Origin: Actinomycetes bacterium
GTDB taxonomy: Bacteria > Actinomycetota > Aquicultoria > UBA3085 > Oleimmundimicrobiaceae
DNA: 64,000 nt
Direction: 5' to 3'
NCBI GenBank assembly: GCA_030614255.1
Contig: JAUWKI010000001.1
Coordinates: 1,603-65,602 of the forward strand
Shown: one piece after another, positions 40,692-50,157 of the stretch
How the letters are laid out: each line of letters starts with the position of its first letter
Numbering within the stretch: the first letter of the stretch is position 1
Made by a program: the position numbers and the translations under genes
The notes under the pieces: generated by a model
What the model was told of the DNA's origin: nothing
The model's input: the letters and a program-made list of their open reading frames with translations, nothing else
Databases searched by the model: none

Positions 40692-41483
40692 TTGAGTGTA
40701 AAAGTAGGCATTATAGGCGGAAGCGGCGTATACGAAATTAAAGAATTACATCAAAAGAGAGAAGAAAAAATTGAGACTCCTTACGGAGAAGTTTTTGTTT
40801 CTAATGCTAAATGGAACGGAAAGGATATAGTTTTTCTACCACGACATGGCAAGAATCACAAAGTTGCTCCCCATAAAATAAATTATAGAGGAAATATTTA
40901 TGCGCTTAAATACTGTGGCGTGGAAAGAATCTTATCAACCTCTGCCTCTGGAAGCTTAAATCAACGAATGAAACCGGGGGAACTTGTCTTTATCGATCAA
41001 TTTATTGATTTTACCAAGAATAGACCATCTACCTTTTTCGACAACGATGAGATTTTTCACGTCGATATGAGCGAACCTTACTGCTCTGAATTGCACAATC
41101 TTCTTGTTTCGACTGCTAACAAACTGGATTTAAAATTTCATGCAAAAGGAACATATTTATGCACGGAGGGACCGAGATTTGAAACTTCAGCCGAAATAAG
41201 AGCCTTCGGAATAATGGGAGCGGATATTGTTGGCATGACCAATGTTCCAGAAGTTGTCCTCGCAAGAGAGGCGGAAATTTGCTATGCAAGCGTTGTAGTT
41301 GTAACCAATATGGCTGCCGGAGTCAAACAAGATATGCTTACGTCAGGAGAGGTGTCTCAAAAAATGCAGGAGATGTCCCAAAAAGTTACCGAGCTTATTT
41401 TAGATGTTATAGAAGAAATTCCGGCGAGAAAAGATTGTGCCTGTCTCAATGCTTTGAAAGATTCTAAAATGGAACTCCTTTAA
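40692..41483 (+). CDS. mtnP: MTAP-family nucleoside phosphorylase (probably methylthioinosine-specific)
   Basis: GIIGGSG, TPYG, PRHG, EGPRFET.AE, VGMT and VTNMAAG motifs. Confidence 0.9.
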   Translation: MSVKVGIIGGSGVYEIKELHQKREEKIETPYGEVFVSNAKWNGKDIVFLPRHGKNHKVAPHKINYRGNIYALKYCGVERILSTSASGSLNQRMKPGELVFIDQFIDFTKNRPSTFFDNDEIFHVDMSEPYCSELHNLLVSTANKLDLKFHAKGTYLCTEGPRFETSAEIRAFGIMGADIVGMTNVPEVVLAREAEICYASVVVVTNMAAGVKQDMLTSGEVSQKMQEMSQKVTELILDVIEEIPARKDCACLNALKDSKMELL

Positions 41484-42789
41484 GTTTTCGTGAGAATATT
41501 CGGGCTTCGTTTAATATCTCTTCCTCATCACAGATTAACAAACAGCCGTTCTCAACAACTACGTTTCCATCGATAATGACCGTGTCGACATCCGAGCTCT
41601 TGGCTGAATAGACGAGCTGTGAGTGTGCATCGTATAAGGGGATTAAATGGGGCTTATCCATGTCGAGCAGCACAATATCAGCTTTTTTGTTTACCTCAAG
41701 CGAGCCTATCTCTTGGTCGAGCCCAAAAGCTTTGGCGCCTCCTCGTGTTGCCATCCATAGGGCTTCTTTCGCATCAATTACGGTCGGGTCTTTTTTTGCG
41801 ATTTTATGAAGCATTGCTGCTGTTTGTACTTCACCGAACATGTCTAAATCATTATTGCTCGCTGCTCCATCGGTTCCTAATCCAACATTTATTCCCGCTT
41901 TTAAAAGTTCGGGAACAGGGCAAATTCCTGTAGCAAGTTTCATATTGCTTTGAGGGTTGTGGATGACTCCTGTTTTGGTTTTTTTTAATATTTCAACATC
42001 TTCGTTTGAAATCCAATTAACATGAGCAGCGGTGGTTCTTTCTGAGAGAACCGTCAACTCGTTTAGGTAAGCTACAGAACTCATTCCTTTTTCTGAAATT
42101 ATTTTTTCGTTTTCCCATTTTTCTTCAGAAAGATGAATTTGTAGAGGGATATTATATTCCTTCGACATCTCGGCAGCTTGTTTTAGAAGCTTAGCAGAAC
42201 ATGTATAAGGGGAGTGTGGCATGACCGCTGGAATAAAGCGATCATGCCCTTTTAAGCTCTCAATTAATTTCCGTGCGTTTTTTAGCCCTTCTTCGGAAGA
42301 TCTGCTAACGGGCGTCGGAAAATCGAGGAGAGGTACGCCGAGGATGGCTTTTATTTTCATCTCTTCCAAAGACTCGACGGCGACACCGGGCAAAAAATAC
42401 ATATCGCAAAAGGTTGTAGTTCCGCTTTTTAACATTTCCAATGCTGCCAGTTTAACTGCTTTTCTAATGAATTCGGCATTCACGTATTGCGCCTCAGCGG
42501 GCCAGATGTGATTTTCTAACCATTCTTTTAACGGTAGGTCATCGGCAAGTCCTCTAAAATAAACCATTGCAGCATGTGTATGTGCATTAATTAGCCCCGG
42601 AATGGCCATCTTATTTTTGGCAGAGATTGTTCTCTTAGCCTTATAAGATTGGGCTAAATTTTCAATTTTATCTAGGGCAACGATTTTTCCATTGTTTATC
42701 GCAATACCCGCTTTTTCGATTACCGAATGATTGTCGTCGACAGTAACTGCTAAACACTCTGAAATTAGCAAGTCGATATGCTCTGGCAT
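41464..42789 (-). CDS. mtaD: 5'-methylthioadenosine/S-adenosylhomocysteine deaminase (amidohydrolase)
   Basis: PGLINAHTH, RGLADD, PHSPY, HLSE, SNMKL and GTDGAASNN motifs. Confidence 0.88.
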   Translation of the reverse strand: MPEHIDLLISECLAVTVDDNHSVIEKAGIAINNGKIVALDKIENLAQSYKAKRTISAKNKMAIPGLINAHTHAAMVYFRGLADDLPLKEWLENHIWPAEAQYVNAEFIRKAVKLAALEMLKSGTTTFCDMYFLPGVAVESLEEMKIKAILGVPLLDFPTPVSRSSEEGLKNARKLIESLKGHDRFIPAVMPHSPYTCSAKLLKQAAEMSKEYNIPLQIHLSEEKWENEKIISEKGMSSVAYLNELTVLSERTTAAHVNWISNEDVEILKKTKTGVIHNPQSNMKLATGICPVPELLKAGINVGLGTDGAASNNDLDMFGEVQTAAMLHKIAKKDPTVIDAKEALWMATRGGAKAFGLDQEIGSLEVNKKADIVLLDMDKPHLIPLYDAHSQLVYSAKSSDVDTVIIDGNVVVENGCLLICDEEEILNEARIFSRKLKGVPF

Positions 42790-42832
42790 TTTAATCCTCC
42801 ATTAAAGTAGTTTAAAAATAGATAAAAAGTTC

Positions 42833-43753
42833 TTATAAAACCTCGAGACTTACATAACAAAGACCTCTGCTTGGGGGATAAATTTTTGAGAAAGCCGTCT
42901 TTGACAAGTCGATGACTCTACCCTGGACGTATGGGCCTCTATCGATAATTTTCACGGTTACTTGTTTGCCGTTTAAAAGATTTGTGACCCTTACTCTCGT
43001 GCCCTTAGGAAGAGTTTTATGAGCGGCTGTTAAACCCGGAATATCATACCAACTCGCCCAACCATTTTCAAAAATTTTTGTAGAATCTGTGGAGTTTTTT
43101 CGTGAAGGGGCGTTTATAGAAATTTCGTTATCACTCGTTAAATTTGAAAGAGCAAGTTCTTGTTTGGTCAGTCTCTTCTCTAACTCATCTTTTAAATCTT
43201 CAATTTGAGCTACTAGTTTTTCTTGTTGTTCATATTTTTCTTCTAGCTTGTCTAATTGCATTAGAATTTTCGACTTGGAGATCTGAAGCTCATTTATCAT
43301 CTTAGCATCTTTTTTTGAAATCTTCGTTAAAACGTTAAGCGTGAAAAAGAAGTTGTGAATGTCGTGACTATCAAGTAGAATTATCGCCGGTAAAAATATA
43401 TTTTGCTTGTAAAGCATCACGGCTCTTGCGTTTAATCTCTGCACCGATTTACTTAGATTGTTTTCGTCATTTTTAAGAAGGTTTTTGGTCTTAAGAATTT
43501 CACTCTCTGATTCTTGCAAATTCAAAGTTGCTTCATGATATTTTTTTATAGTTCTATTAAGCTCGCCCTCTATTTTTTCTACATCGGACTTTACTTTTAG
43601 AATTTCTGAACTTTGGGTTGCTGAAATTGATATTGGGGTCAAACTTAAGGTAAAGATTGAAATGGTTATAACAGAGAGCGTTTTAATAAAAAAACTCTTT
43701 GAGGAAACCAGCTTCAAATTAGTCTCACTCCTCAAACAATCAGGAAGATACAA
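42833..43753 (-). CDS. rlpA: Secreted coiled-coil protein with C-terminal RlpA (DPBB) lytic transglycosylase domain
   Basis: Hydrophobic signal segment, long coiled coil, then G.ASWY, TAAHKTLP.GT and DRGPY..GRVIDLS; true start uncertain. Confidence 0.85.
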   Translation of the reverse strand: MYLPDCLRSETNLKLVSSKSFFIKTLSVITISIFTLSLTPISISATQSSEILKVKSDVEKIEGELNRTIKKYHEATLNLQESESEILKTKNLLKNDENNLSKSVQRLNARAVMLYKQNIFLPAIILLDSHDIHNFFFTLNVLTKISKKDAKMINELQISKSKILMQLDKLEEKYEQQEKLVAQIEDLKDELEKRLTKQELALSNLTSDNEISINAPSRKNSTDSTKIFENGWASWYDIPGLTAAHKTLPKGTRVRVTNLLNGKQVTVKIIDRGPYVQGRVIDLSKTAFSKIYPPSRGLCYVSLEVL

Positions 43754-43851
43754 ATTTGAGAAAAATTATAGCATAGATGATAAAATTTGGAAGGATTGTG
43801 AGTTAGCATATGACTAAAGAAATTTTGCTCAGGATTGTATAGAGGATTAAA

Positions 43852-46296
43852 TTGTCTAAGAAAATTGCTCAAGTAATCATCGACATGCCAGTTCATAATA
43901 TAGATTATCCTTTTGAGTATATGGTGCCTCCGAACATTGAGGAAAATATCGAGATTGGTTCCTCTGTGTTGGTTACTTTCGGATCGCGATTACAGTTGGG
44001 CTATGTCGTCGGTTTTCTTGAAGAATCGAGCGTGAAATCCTTAAACCCGATTCTCGACTTGATAGACGAGGAGCCTATCTTCGATAAAGACATGATGAAT
44101 TTGTGTCGCTGGGTTGCCAAGCATTACTTATCAACTCTGAGCGAATCCTTAAAACTTGCTTTTCCGCCAGGAAGAGCAAGGCGCCTAAGGCAAATGATAA
44201 TTTTACAGGACAAAGAAGAAGAGTCGCTTACACTGCGTCAGGGGGAGCTTGTAAATATCCTTAAAAAAATGGGAGGGGAATCCTCTCTTGATAATATCCA
44301 AAAACATTACTCGGCTGGGTTATCAAATCTTATTGGAACTCTTGAAAAAAAGGGTCTTTTAAAGAGAAAATATGTGATTTCTAAGCCGCGAATAAATAGA
44401 AAAACGAAAGAATGCGCTGCCTTGAACCCTTCAATAGACAACAGAGAGGATCTGATAACTTCCTTAGCCACCAAAGCTCCCAAGCAAAAAAGGATAGTTT
44501 TACTTCTTTCGGAAGAAAAAACAGTTTCTGTACGCCGACTACTTTCAAACACCGATAGTTCACGTCAATCGCTGAACGCTCTTGTGAAAAAAGGAATAGT
44601 GGTGCTTAACGAAGAGCCAATGCTTAGAGAGCCCGATCTCTTTTATCCTGAAAAAATTCCTCTTTCCATTAAATTGACCGATGAGCAGAGCAAGGTTCTT
44701 AAATCGATAAAAGATGCTATAGACAGCGAAACGCATCGTGTCCAGCTTTTACAGGGGGTAGCTGGCAGCGGGAAGACGGAAATTTACTTACAAGCCATAG
44801 CTAAGATTTTGAACAAAAATAAAACCGCTATAGTTCTTGTACCTGAAATTGCTTTGACACCGCAAACGGTGCACAGATTTCGCTCCCGCTTTGGTGAAAC
44901 CGTTGCGGTACTTCATAGTGGTCTTGGACTTGGCGAGCGGTTTGATCAATGGGAGCGAATCAAACGGGGTGAATGCAAGGTTGTGGTCGGTACGCGATCA
45001 GCTATTTTTGCTCCCCTAAAAAATCTAGGACTCATCGCAATAGATGAAGAGCATGAGGTTACATACAAGCAAAATTGTAATCCTCGTTACCATGCGAGAG
45101 ATGTTGCCAAAAAAAGAGCGGAATCAAACGATGCTCTGTTAATTCTTGGGAGTGCCACACCAAGCATTGAAAGCAGATACGAAGCAAAACGGGGTAACTA
45201 TGGTCTCCTTAAACTTACCAAAAGAGTTAAAGATAGAAAATTCCCTGAAGTTGAGTTAATCGACATGAGAGAAGAGGGCTCAAAAGGAAGTTCTGGAATA
45301 TTCAGCACGGCACTTCTCAACGAAATGGAAGAGTGTGTTTGTTCTAATAAAAAAATGCTGCTTTTTTTAAACAGGCGAGGTTATGCCGGTTTTATTCTAT
45401 GTAGAGATTGCGGTTTTGTCTTAAAATGCAAACGTTGTGATATCTCTTTGGTTTATCATCTTAATGACAAGACGATGCGTTGTCACCATTGTGGCTATAC
45501 TATCTGTTCTCCAAAATTGTGTCCAAATTGTAAAGGGTATCGGATAGGATACTTTGGAATTGGCACACAACGCGTTGAAAGTGAAATTAAAAAGATGTTT
45601 CCTGATATTTCGTTGATACGAATGGATGCGGACACGACAATGAAAAGGGATTCTCATCGAAGAAAGCTTATCGCTTTCAAAAACTTAGATGTTGGAATAC
45701 TTTTGGGGACTCAGATGATTGCGAAAGGGCTGGACTTTCCCGACGTGGCACTAGTTGGTGTTATAAATGCTGACACGGCCTTACATTTACCTGACTTCAG
45801 GGCGAGTGAGCGAACCTTTCAATTGTTAATGCAATTGAGTGGCAGGGCAGGTAGAGGAGGATTTCCTGGCAAGGCAATTATACAAAGTTACTGTCCAGAC
45901 TCATATGCAATTTCTGCGATAAAGAAGTACACATATGATGAATTTTTTGAAGAAGAAATAAAGATAAGAGAAGAGCTAGACTACCCTCCGTTCACCCAGC
46001 TAATTAATATTTTATTCTCGGGCAAAGATGAAAAAAAAGTAATAGGAGAGGCCTACTCGTTCAGTAATTTTTTCAATAAAGTCGATGGCAAAAGATGGTT
46101 AAAAAGTTTTCTTGGGCCGGCACCGGCACCGCTTTCAAGAATCAAAAATAAATACAGGTGGCATATGATTTTAAAAACCACAGATCTGATTGAGGCTACA
46201 AACTTCTTGAGGGAAAATTTAAAAGATTTGATTTCGAAGAAATATTCAAAAGATGTTACTATATCGATAGATGTAAATCCGGCTTGGACACTATAA
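43852..46296 (+). CDS. priA: Primosomal protein N'
   Basis: GVAGSGKTE, DEEH, LGSATPS, four CxxC zinc motifs and AKGLDFP. Confidence 0.97.
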   Translation: MSKKIAQVIIDMPVHNIDYPFEYMVPPNIEENIEIGSSVLVTFGSRLQLGYVVGFLEESSVKSLNPILDLIDEEPIFDKDMMNLCRWVAKHYLSTLSESLKLAFPPGRARRLRQMIILQDKEEESLTLRQGELVNILKKMGGESSLDNIQKHYSAGLSNLIGTLEKKGLLKRKYVISKPRINRKTKECAALNPSIDNREDLITSLATKAPKQKRIVLLLSEEKTVSVRRLLSNTDSSRQSLNALVKKGIVVLNEEPMLREPDLFYPEKIPLSIKLTDEQSKVLKSIKDAIDSETHRVQLLQGVAGSGKTEIYLQAIAKILNKNKTAIVLVPEIALTPQTVHRFRSRFGETVAVLHSGLGLGERFDQWERIKRGECKVVVGTRSAIFAPLKNLGLIAIDEEHEVTYKQNCNPRYHARDVAKKRAESNDALLILGSATPSIESRYEAKRGNYGLLKLTKRVKDRKFPEVELIDMREEGSKGSSGIFSTALLNEMEECVCSNKKMLLFLNRRGYAGFILCRDCGFVLKCKRCDISLVYHLNDKTMRCHHCGYTICSPKLCPNCKGYRIGYFGIGTQRVESEIKKMFPDISLIRMDADTTMKRDSHRRKLIAFKNLDVGILLGTQMIAKGLDFPDVALVGVINADTALHLPDFRASERTFQLLMQLSGRAGRGGFPGKAIIQSYCPDSYAISAIKKYTYDEFFEEEIKIREELDYPPFTQLINILFSGKDEKKVIGEAYSFSNFFNKVDGKRWLKSFLGPAPAPLSRIKNKYRWHMILKTTDLIEATNFLRENLKDLISKKYSKDVTISIDVNPAWTL

Positions 46297-46395
46297 TTTA
46301 TGAAAAGTTAAAAGAAAAAAATATAAATTATCGTCAAAAAACTTAAGGATGCGAACTCGATTTCAGAGCACTTTTAATAATGGAGGATAATTGCG

Positions 46396-46884
46396 GTGAT
46401 CTTAACCATTAGGAAATTTGGCGATCCTGTTCTCAAGGAAAAATGTAATCGAATAAACAACTTGGATTGCAATTTTGCTGGTCTTGTAAAAAATTTAGCG
46501 GATACAATGTATAACGCACCCGGCATTGGACTTGCTGCTTCCCAGGTGGGGATATTAGAACGATTATTCATTTGCGATTTAGGTGACGGGCTACAAGTTT
46601 ATGTAAATGCAAAAATTGTTGCTACAGAAGGCGAGGACATGAACGAAGAGGGGTGTTTAAGCATTCCCAATATTAGGGTTCCCGTGAAGCGAGCTAAAAA
46701 GGTAAAAATCACAGCTTTAAACGCGAATGGTAAGAAAGTAACATTTGTTGCTGAAGATCTATTAGCGCATGTTATTCAACATGAGGTAGATCATTTAAAC
46801 GGGGTGCTCGTTTTGGATAAAACTGACACGGAGAATAGAAGAAGAGCCCTAGAGGAACTTAGAGAGCATGTCCAAATAGATTAG
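46396..46884 (+). CDS. def: Peptide deformylase
   Basis: GIGLAASQVG, EGCLS and QHEVDHLNG motifs. Confidence 0.97.
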   Translation: MILTIRKFGDPVLKEKCNRINNLDCNFAGLVKNLADTMYNAPGIGLAASQVGILERLFICDLGDGLQVYVNAKIVATEGEDMNEEGCLSIPNIRVPVKRAKKVKITALNANGKKVTFVAEDLLAHVIQHEVDHLNGVLVLDKTDTENRRRALEELREHVQID

Positions 46885-46896
46885 CTGGAGGAAAGA

Positions 46897-47829
46897 TTGA
46901 GAATTGTATTTATGGGAACCCCGCAGTTTGCACTACCATCGCTCAACGCTTTATTCTACTCTGAGCATGAAATTATTGCGGTTGTAACTCAACCCGATAG
47001 ACCAAAAGGAAGACATTTAAACACAACTTTCTCGCCTATAAAAGAGATGGCGCTCAGTTATAAAATTCCAGTTTATCAGCCAAGGACTCCAAATGATGAA
47101 GATTTCAAAAAAAAGGTAATTGAACTTGTTCCTGACGTAATTGTCGTGGTTGCTTTTGGGCAGCTAATCCCTTCTTGGATGCTTAATTTACCTAGATATG
47201 GTTGCGTAAATGTTCACGCATCTCTTTTGCCAAAGTATCGTGGTGCGGCTCCGATTCAAAGAGCTATTATGGATGGTTGCATTAAGACAGGAGTAACAAC
47301 AATGCTAATGGATATAGGTCTTGACACCGGCGATATATTGTTACAAACGAAAGTGTCTGTTTCCGACGAAGAAACGGTGGGTGAGCTTTACGATAAACTT
47401 GCCAACGTAAGTCCTGGTTTGCTTCTAAAGACACTTAAAGGTCTAGGGCTTGGCACAATTACTCCAACAAAACAAAACGACGCTGAGGCGAGCTTTGCCG
47501 CGAAAATTGAAAAGAAGGATATCAAGATAGATTGGAGTAACCCCGTCGAAAAAATTAGAAATATTATTCGTGCCTTAAGTCCTAAACCCGGAGCTTATTC
47601 TACCATTAATGGTAGACGTTTGAAGATATTTAAAGCTAAAGAAATTTCAAAAAATATCTTACTTCCTCCAGGAACGGTTGATAAAGTAAAAAAAAGTCTC
47701 GGTTTTACAGTGAGCTGTTTGGATGGCGCTCTCTTGATTCTTCAAGTTCAACCTGAAGGCAAAATGATTATGACGGCTGATGAGTTTTGTAGAGGATATA
47801 ACCTCAGAGAGGGGGACAAATTTGAATAA
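46897..47829 (+). CDS. fmt: Methionyl-tRNA formyltransferase
   Basis: FMGTPQF, TQPDRP and NVHASLLPKYRGAAPI motifs. Confidence 0.97.
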   Translation: MRIVFMGTPQFALPSLNALFYSEHEIIAVVTQPDRPKGRHLNTTFSPIKEMALSYKIPVYQPRTPNDEDFKKKVIELVPDVIVVVAFGQLIPSWMLNLPRYGCVNVHASLLPKYRGAAPIQRAIMDGCIKTGVTTMLMDIGLDTGDILLQTKVSVSDEETVGELYDKLANVSPGLLLKTLKGLGLGTITPTKQNDAEASFAAKIEKKDIKIDWSNPVEKIRNIIRALSPKPGAYSTINGRRLKIFKAKEISKNILLPPGTVDKVKKSLGFTVSCLDGALLILQVQPEGKMIMTADEFCRGYNLREGDKFE

Positions 47830-49169
47830 TGGCAACGTCTGCGAGGGAACTAGCTTTAAATGTTATCCATGATATTCATAACGGCAAAGATTTTGTAAAT
47901 GTTCTTTTGCCAAAGGCGTTAAAAAAGAGTGGGCTATCACGTCTTGATAGGGCTCTTGCAACCGAACTTGTATACGGCGTATTAAGAATGGAGGGAACTA
48001 TCGATTGGGTTTTATCTCAATTCTCCTCCAGAAAAATTGATAAAATTTCTCCTAAGGCCCTCGATATTTTGCGACTTGGAGTCTATCAACTTCTTTACCT
48101 CGACAAAATTCCTCCCAGGGCTGCTGTAGACGAGTCCGTACAGCTTGCTAAAGAAAATTTTCATCAAGGAATAGCGAATTTTGTAAATGGCATTCTCCGC
48201 GAAATCGATCGAAGCAGGGACAAAATAGTTTACCCCAAAAAAGAAGAAGATTTAATCGCTTATATTTCATTGAAACATTCTCATCCCGAATGGCTCGTTA
48301 AGAAATGGATTGACGAAATAGGGGCTAAAGAAACAGAAAAACTTTGCGCGGCCAACAATGTGCGCCCACAGTTAAAATTAAGAGCAAATCTTTTAAAGAT
48401 TACGCCCGAAGAATTGGCAGGTACGCTAAGGAGAAGAGGGGTTATAACTACACCGAGTAAATTATTACCCGAGGGCCTAGTGGTTACCGAAGGAGCAGGT
48501 TTAGCCGAATTAAAGGAATTCAAAGAAGGTTTTTTCTTCATTCAAGACGAGAGTTCCATGCTCGTCTCCCATATTTTAAATCCCCAGGAAGGTGAAACTG
48601 TTCTTGATGTATGTGCTGCTCCTGGTGGAAAAACAACTCACATGGCTGAAATTATGAAGAATAAAGGGTCGATTATCGCCGCTGATATTAATCCGTTGCG
48701 TTTAAATCTTCTTAAACAATCTTGTGAAAGAATGGGCAATAAAATTATCTCTATTATCCAAGTCGATGCGTTAAAACCGAACAAGGTATTACGCAAACCC
48801 GTGGATAAAGTTTTAATCGATGCTCCATGCTCTGGTTTGGGAGTGTTAGCACGACGACCGGATGCAAGACGGAAAAAGACTCTTCGCCAAATCGAAGAAC
48901 TTGCCAATTTACAGGGGGAGCTAATCGAGTCTGTCTCGTATCTTGTAAAACCCGGGGGAAGTCTCGTTTATTCAGTATGTACCATTTCAAAAAAAGAGAC
49001 ACTCGGTGTGATCGATGCATTTCTCAATAAACACCCCGAATTTAAACTTGACGACATAAACGGTTATCTTCCGTTGGAATTAAGGACGAATAATAAATGG
49101 ATACAGCTCTGGCCTCACAAACATAGAACAGACGGGATGTTTATTGCAAGATTAATTCGATTAAAATAG
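47829..49169 (+). CDS. rsmB: 16S rRNA m5C967 methyltransferase (NusB-like + RsmB domains)
   Basis: QDESS, DVCAAPGGKT, DAPCSG.G and YSVCT motifs. Confidence 0.96.
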   Translation: MATSARELALNVIHDIHNGKDFVNVLLPKALKKSGLSRLDRALATELVYGVLRMEGTIDWVLSQFSSRKIDKISPKALDILRLGVYQLLYLDKIPPRAAVDESVQLAKENFHQGIANFVNGILREIDRSRDKIVYPKKEEDLIAYISLKHSHPEWLVKKWIDEIGAKETEKLCAANNVRPQLKLRANLLKITPEELAGTLRRRGVITTPSKLLPEGLVVTEGAGLAELKEFKEGFFFIQDESSMLVSHILNPQEGETVLDVCAAPGGKTTHMAEIMKNKGSIIAADINPLRLNLLKQSCERMGNKIISIIQVDALKPNKVLRKPVDKVLIDAPCSGLGVLARRPDARRKKTLRQIEELANLQGELIESVSYLVKPGGSLVYSVCTISKKETLGVIDAFLNKHPEFKLDDINGYLPLELRTNNKWIQLWPHKHRTDGMFIARLIRLK

Positions 49170-49242
49170 TCAAGGTTACTTCTAACCAACATTGAAGATA
49201 GCCCTTTGCGATGTTACAATTTAAACACTTTTTTAGAAAGGG

Positions 49243-49914
49243 ATGATAATGAGAAAAATTAAGATTGCTCCGTCGATATTATCTGCTAATTTTGCAAAAT
49301 TAGGAGATGAAGTAAGACTCGCCGAAGAGGGTGGAGCCGACTATATCCACGTTGATGTGATGGACGGTCACTTTGTCCCTAATATTACAATTGGACCACA
49401 AGTTGTAAAGTTTTTAAGGGAGGAGACTTCGGTTCCGCTGGATGTTCACCTGATGATAGAAAATCCAGAATTTTTCATAGATGATTTTATCTCTGCGGGA
49501 AGCAGTCTGCTATCAGTACACATGGAGACATGTACTCATCTTCATCGAGTGGTTCAGAAGATAAAATCGTTCCCTGAGGTAAAGGTGGGTGTTGCTTTAA
49601 ATCCGGCTACTGCACTTACAAACTTAGTTAACGTCTTAGACGAGATTGATTTTGTTCTAATTATGTCAGTAAATCCGGGTTTTGGCGGCCAAAAATTCAT
49701 TCCTCAAACGATTGATAAAATTAATTTTTTAAAAAATATTATAAACGAGAGAAATTTATCGGTGGAGATTGAAGTTGATGGTGGAGTTAACGTTGGCAAC
49801 GCAAAAGAGTTGTTTAAGGCGGGTGCGGATATACTTGTAGCCGGCTCATCAATTTTTTCTAAGGACGATATAAAAAAAGCTATCGTAGATTTGCGTAATG
49901 CAACATTTGTCTAG
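49243..49914 (+). CDS. rpe: Ribulose-phosphate 3-epimerase
   Basis: IAPSILSA, HVDVMDGHFVPN, MSVNPGFGGQ and VDGG motifs. Confidence 0.97.
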   Translation: MIMRKIKIAPSILSANFAKLGDEVRLAEEGGADYIHVDVMDGHFVPNITIGPQVVKFLREETSVPLDVHLMIENPEFFIDDFISAGSSLLSVHMETCTHLHRVVQKIKSFPEVKVGVALNPATALTNLVNVLDEIDFVLIMSVNPGFGGQKFIPQTIDKINFLKNIINERNLSVEIEVDGGVNVGNAKELFKAGADILVAGSSIFSKDDIKKAIVDLRNATFV

Positions 49915-49967
49915 TTGCATTATATATCTTTATCTGGTAATATTCGATTAATTAAATAGATTTATAT

Positions 49968-50108
49968 AATCTTCGAGAAAAGGTGACCCTGAATATTTAT
50001 TTTGGGAATTCCTGACCGGCGGTAAAGCCCGCTAACTTTGCAGAGTTTCTGTGGAGCCGATTCGGTGAAATTCCGAAGCCGACAGTAAAGTCTGGATGGG
50101 AGAAGAGT
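49968..50108 (+). promoter_or_regulatory. FMN (RFN) riboswitch, variant form
   Basis: TCTTC...AGGTGA..AATTCCTGACCGGCGGTAAAGCCCGC...GATTCGGTGAAATTCCGAAGCCGACAGTAAAGTCTGGATGGGAGAAGA, upstream of ribD. Confidence 0.95.
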
Positions 50109-50112
50109 AATT

Positions 50113-50142
50113 AAACCAAGGACTCTTTTCCCTTGGTTTTTT
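50113..50142 (+). terminator. Terminator of the FMN riboswitch expression platform
   Basis: AAACCAAGG...CCTTGGTTT hairpin with T tract. Confidence 0.85.
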
Positions 50143-50157
50143 ATTTTGGGTGAAGCG

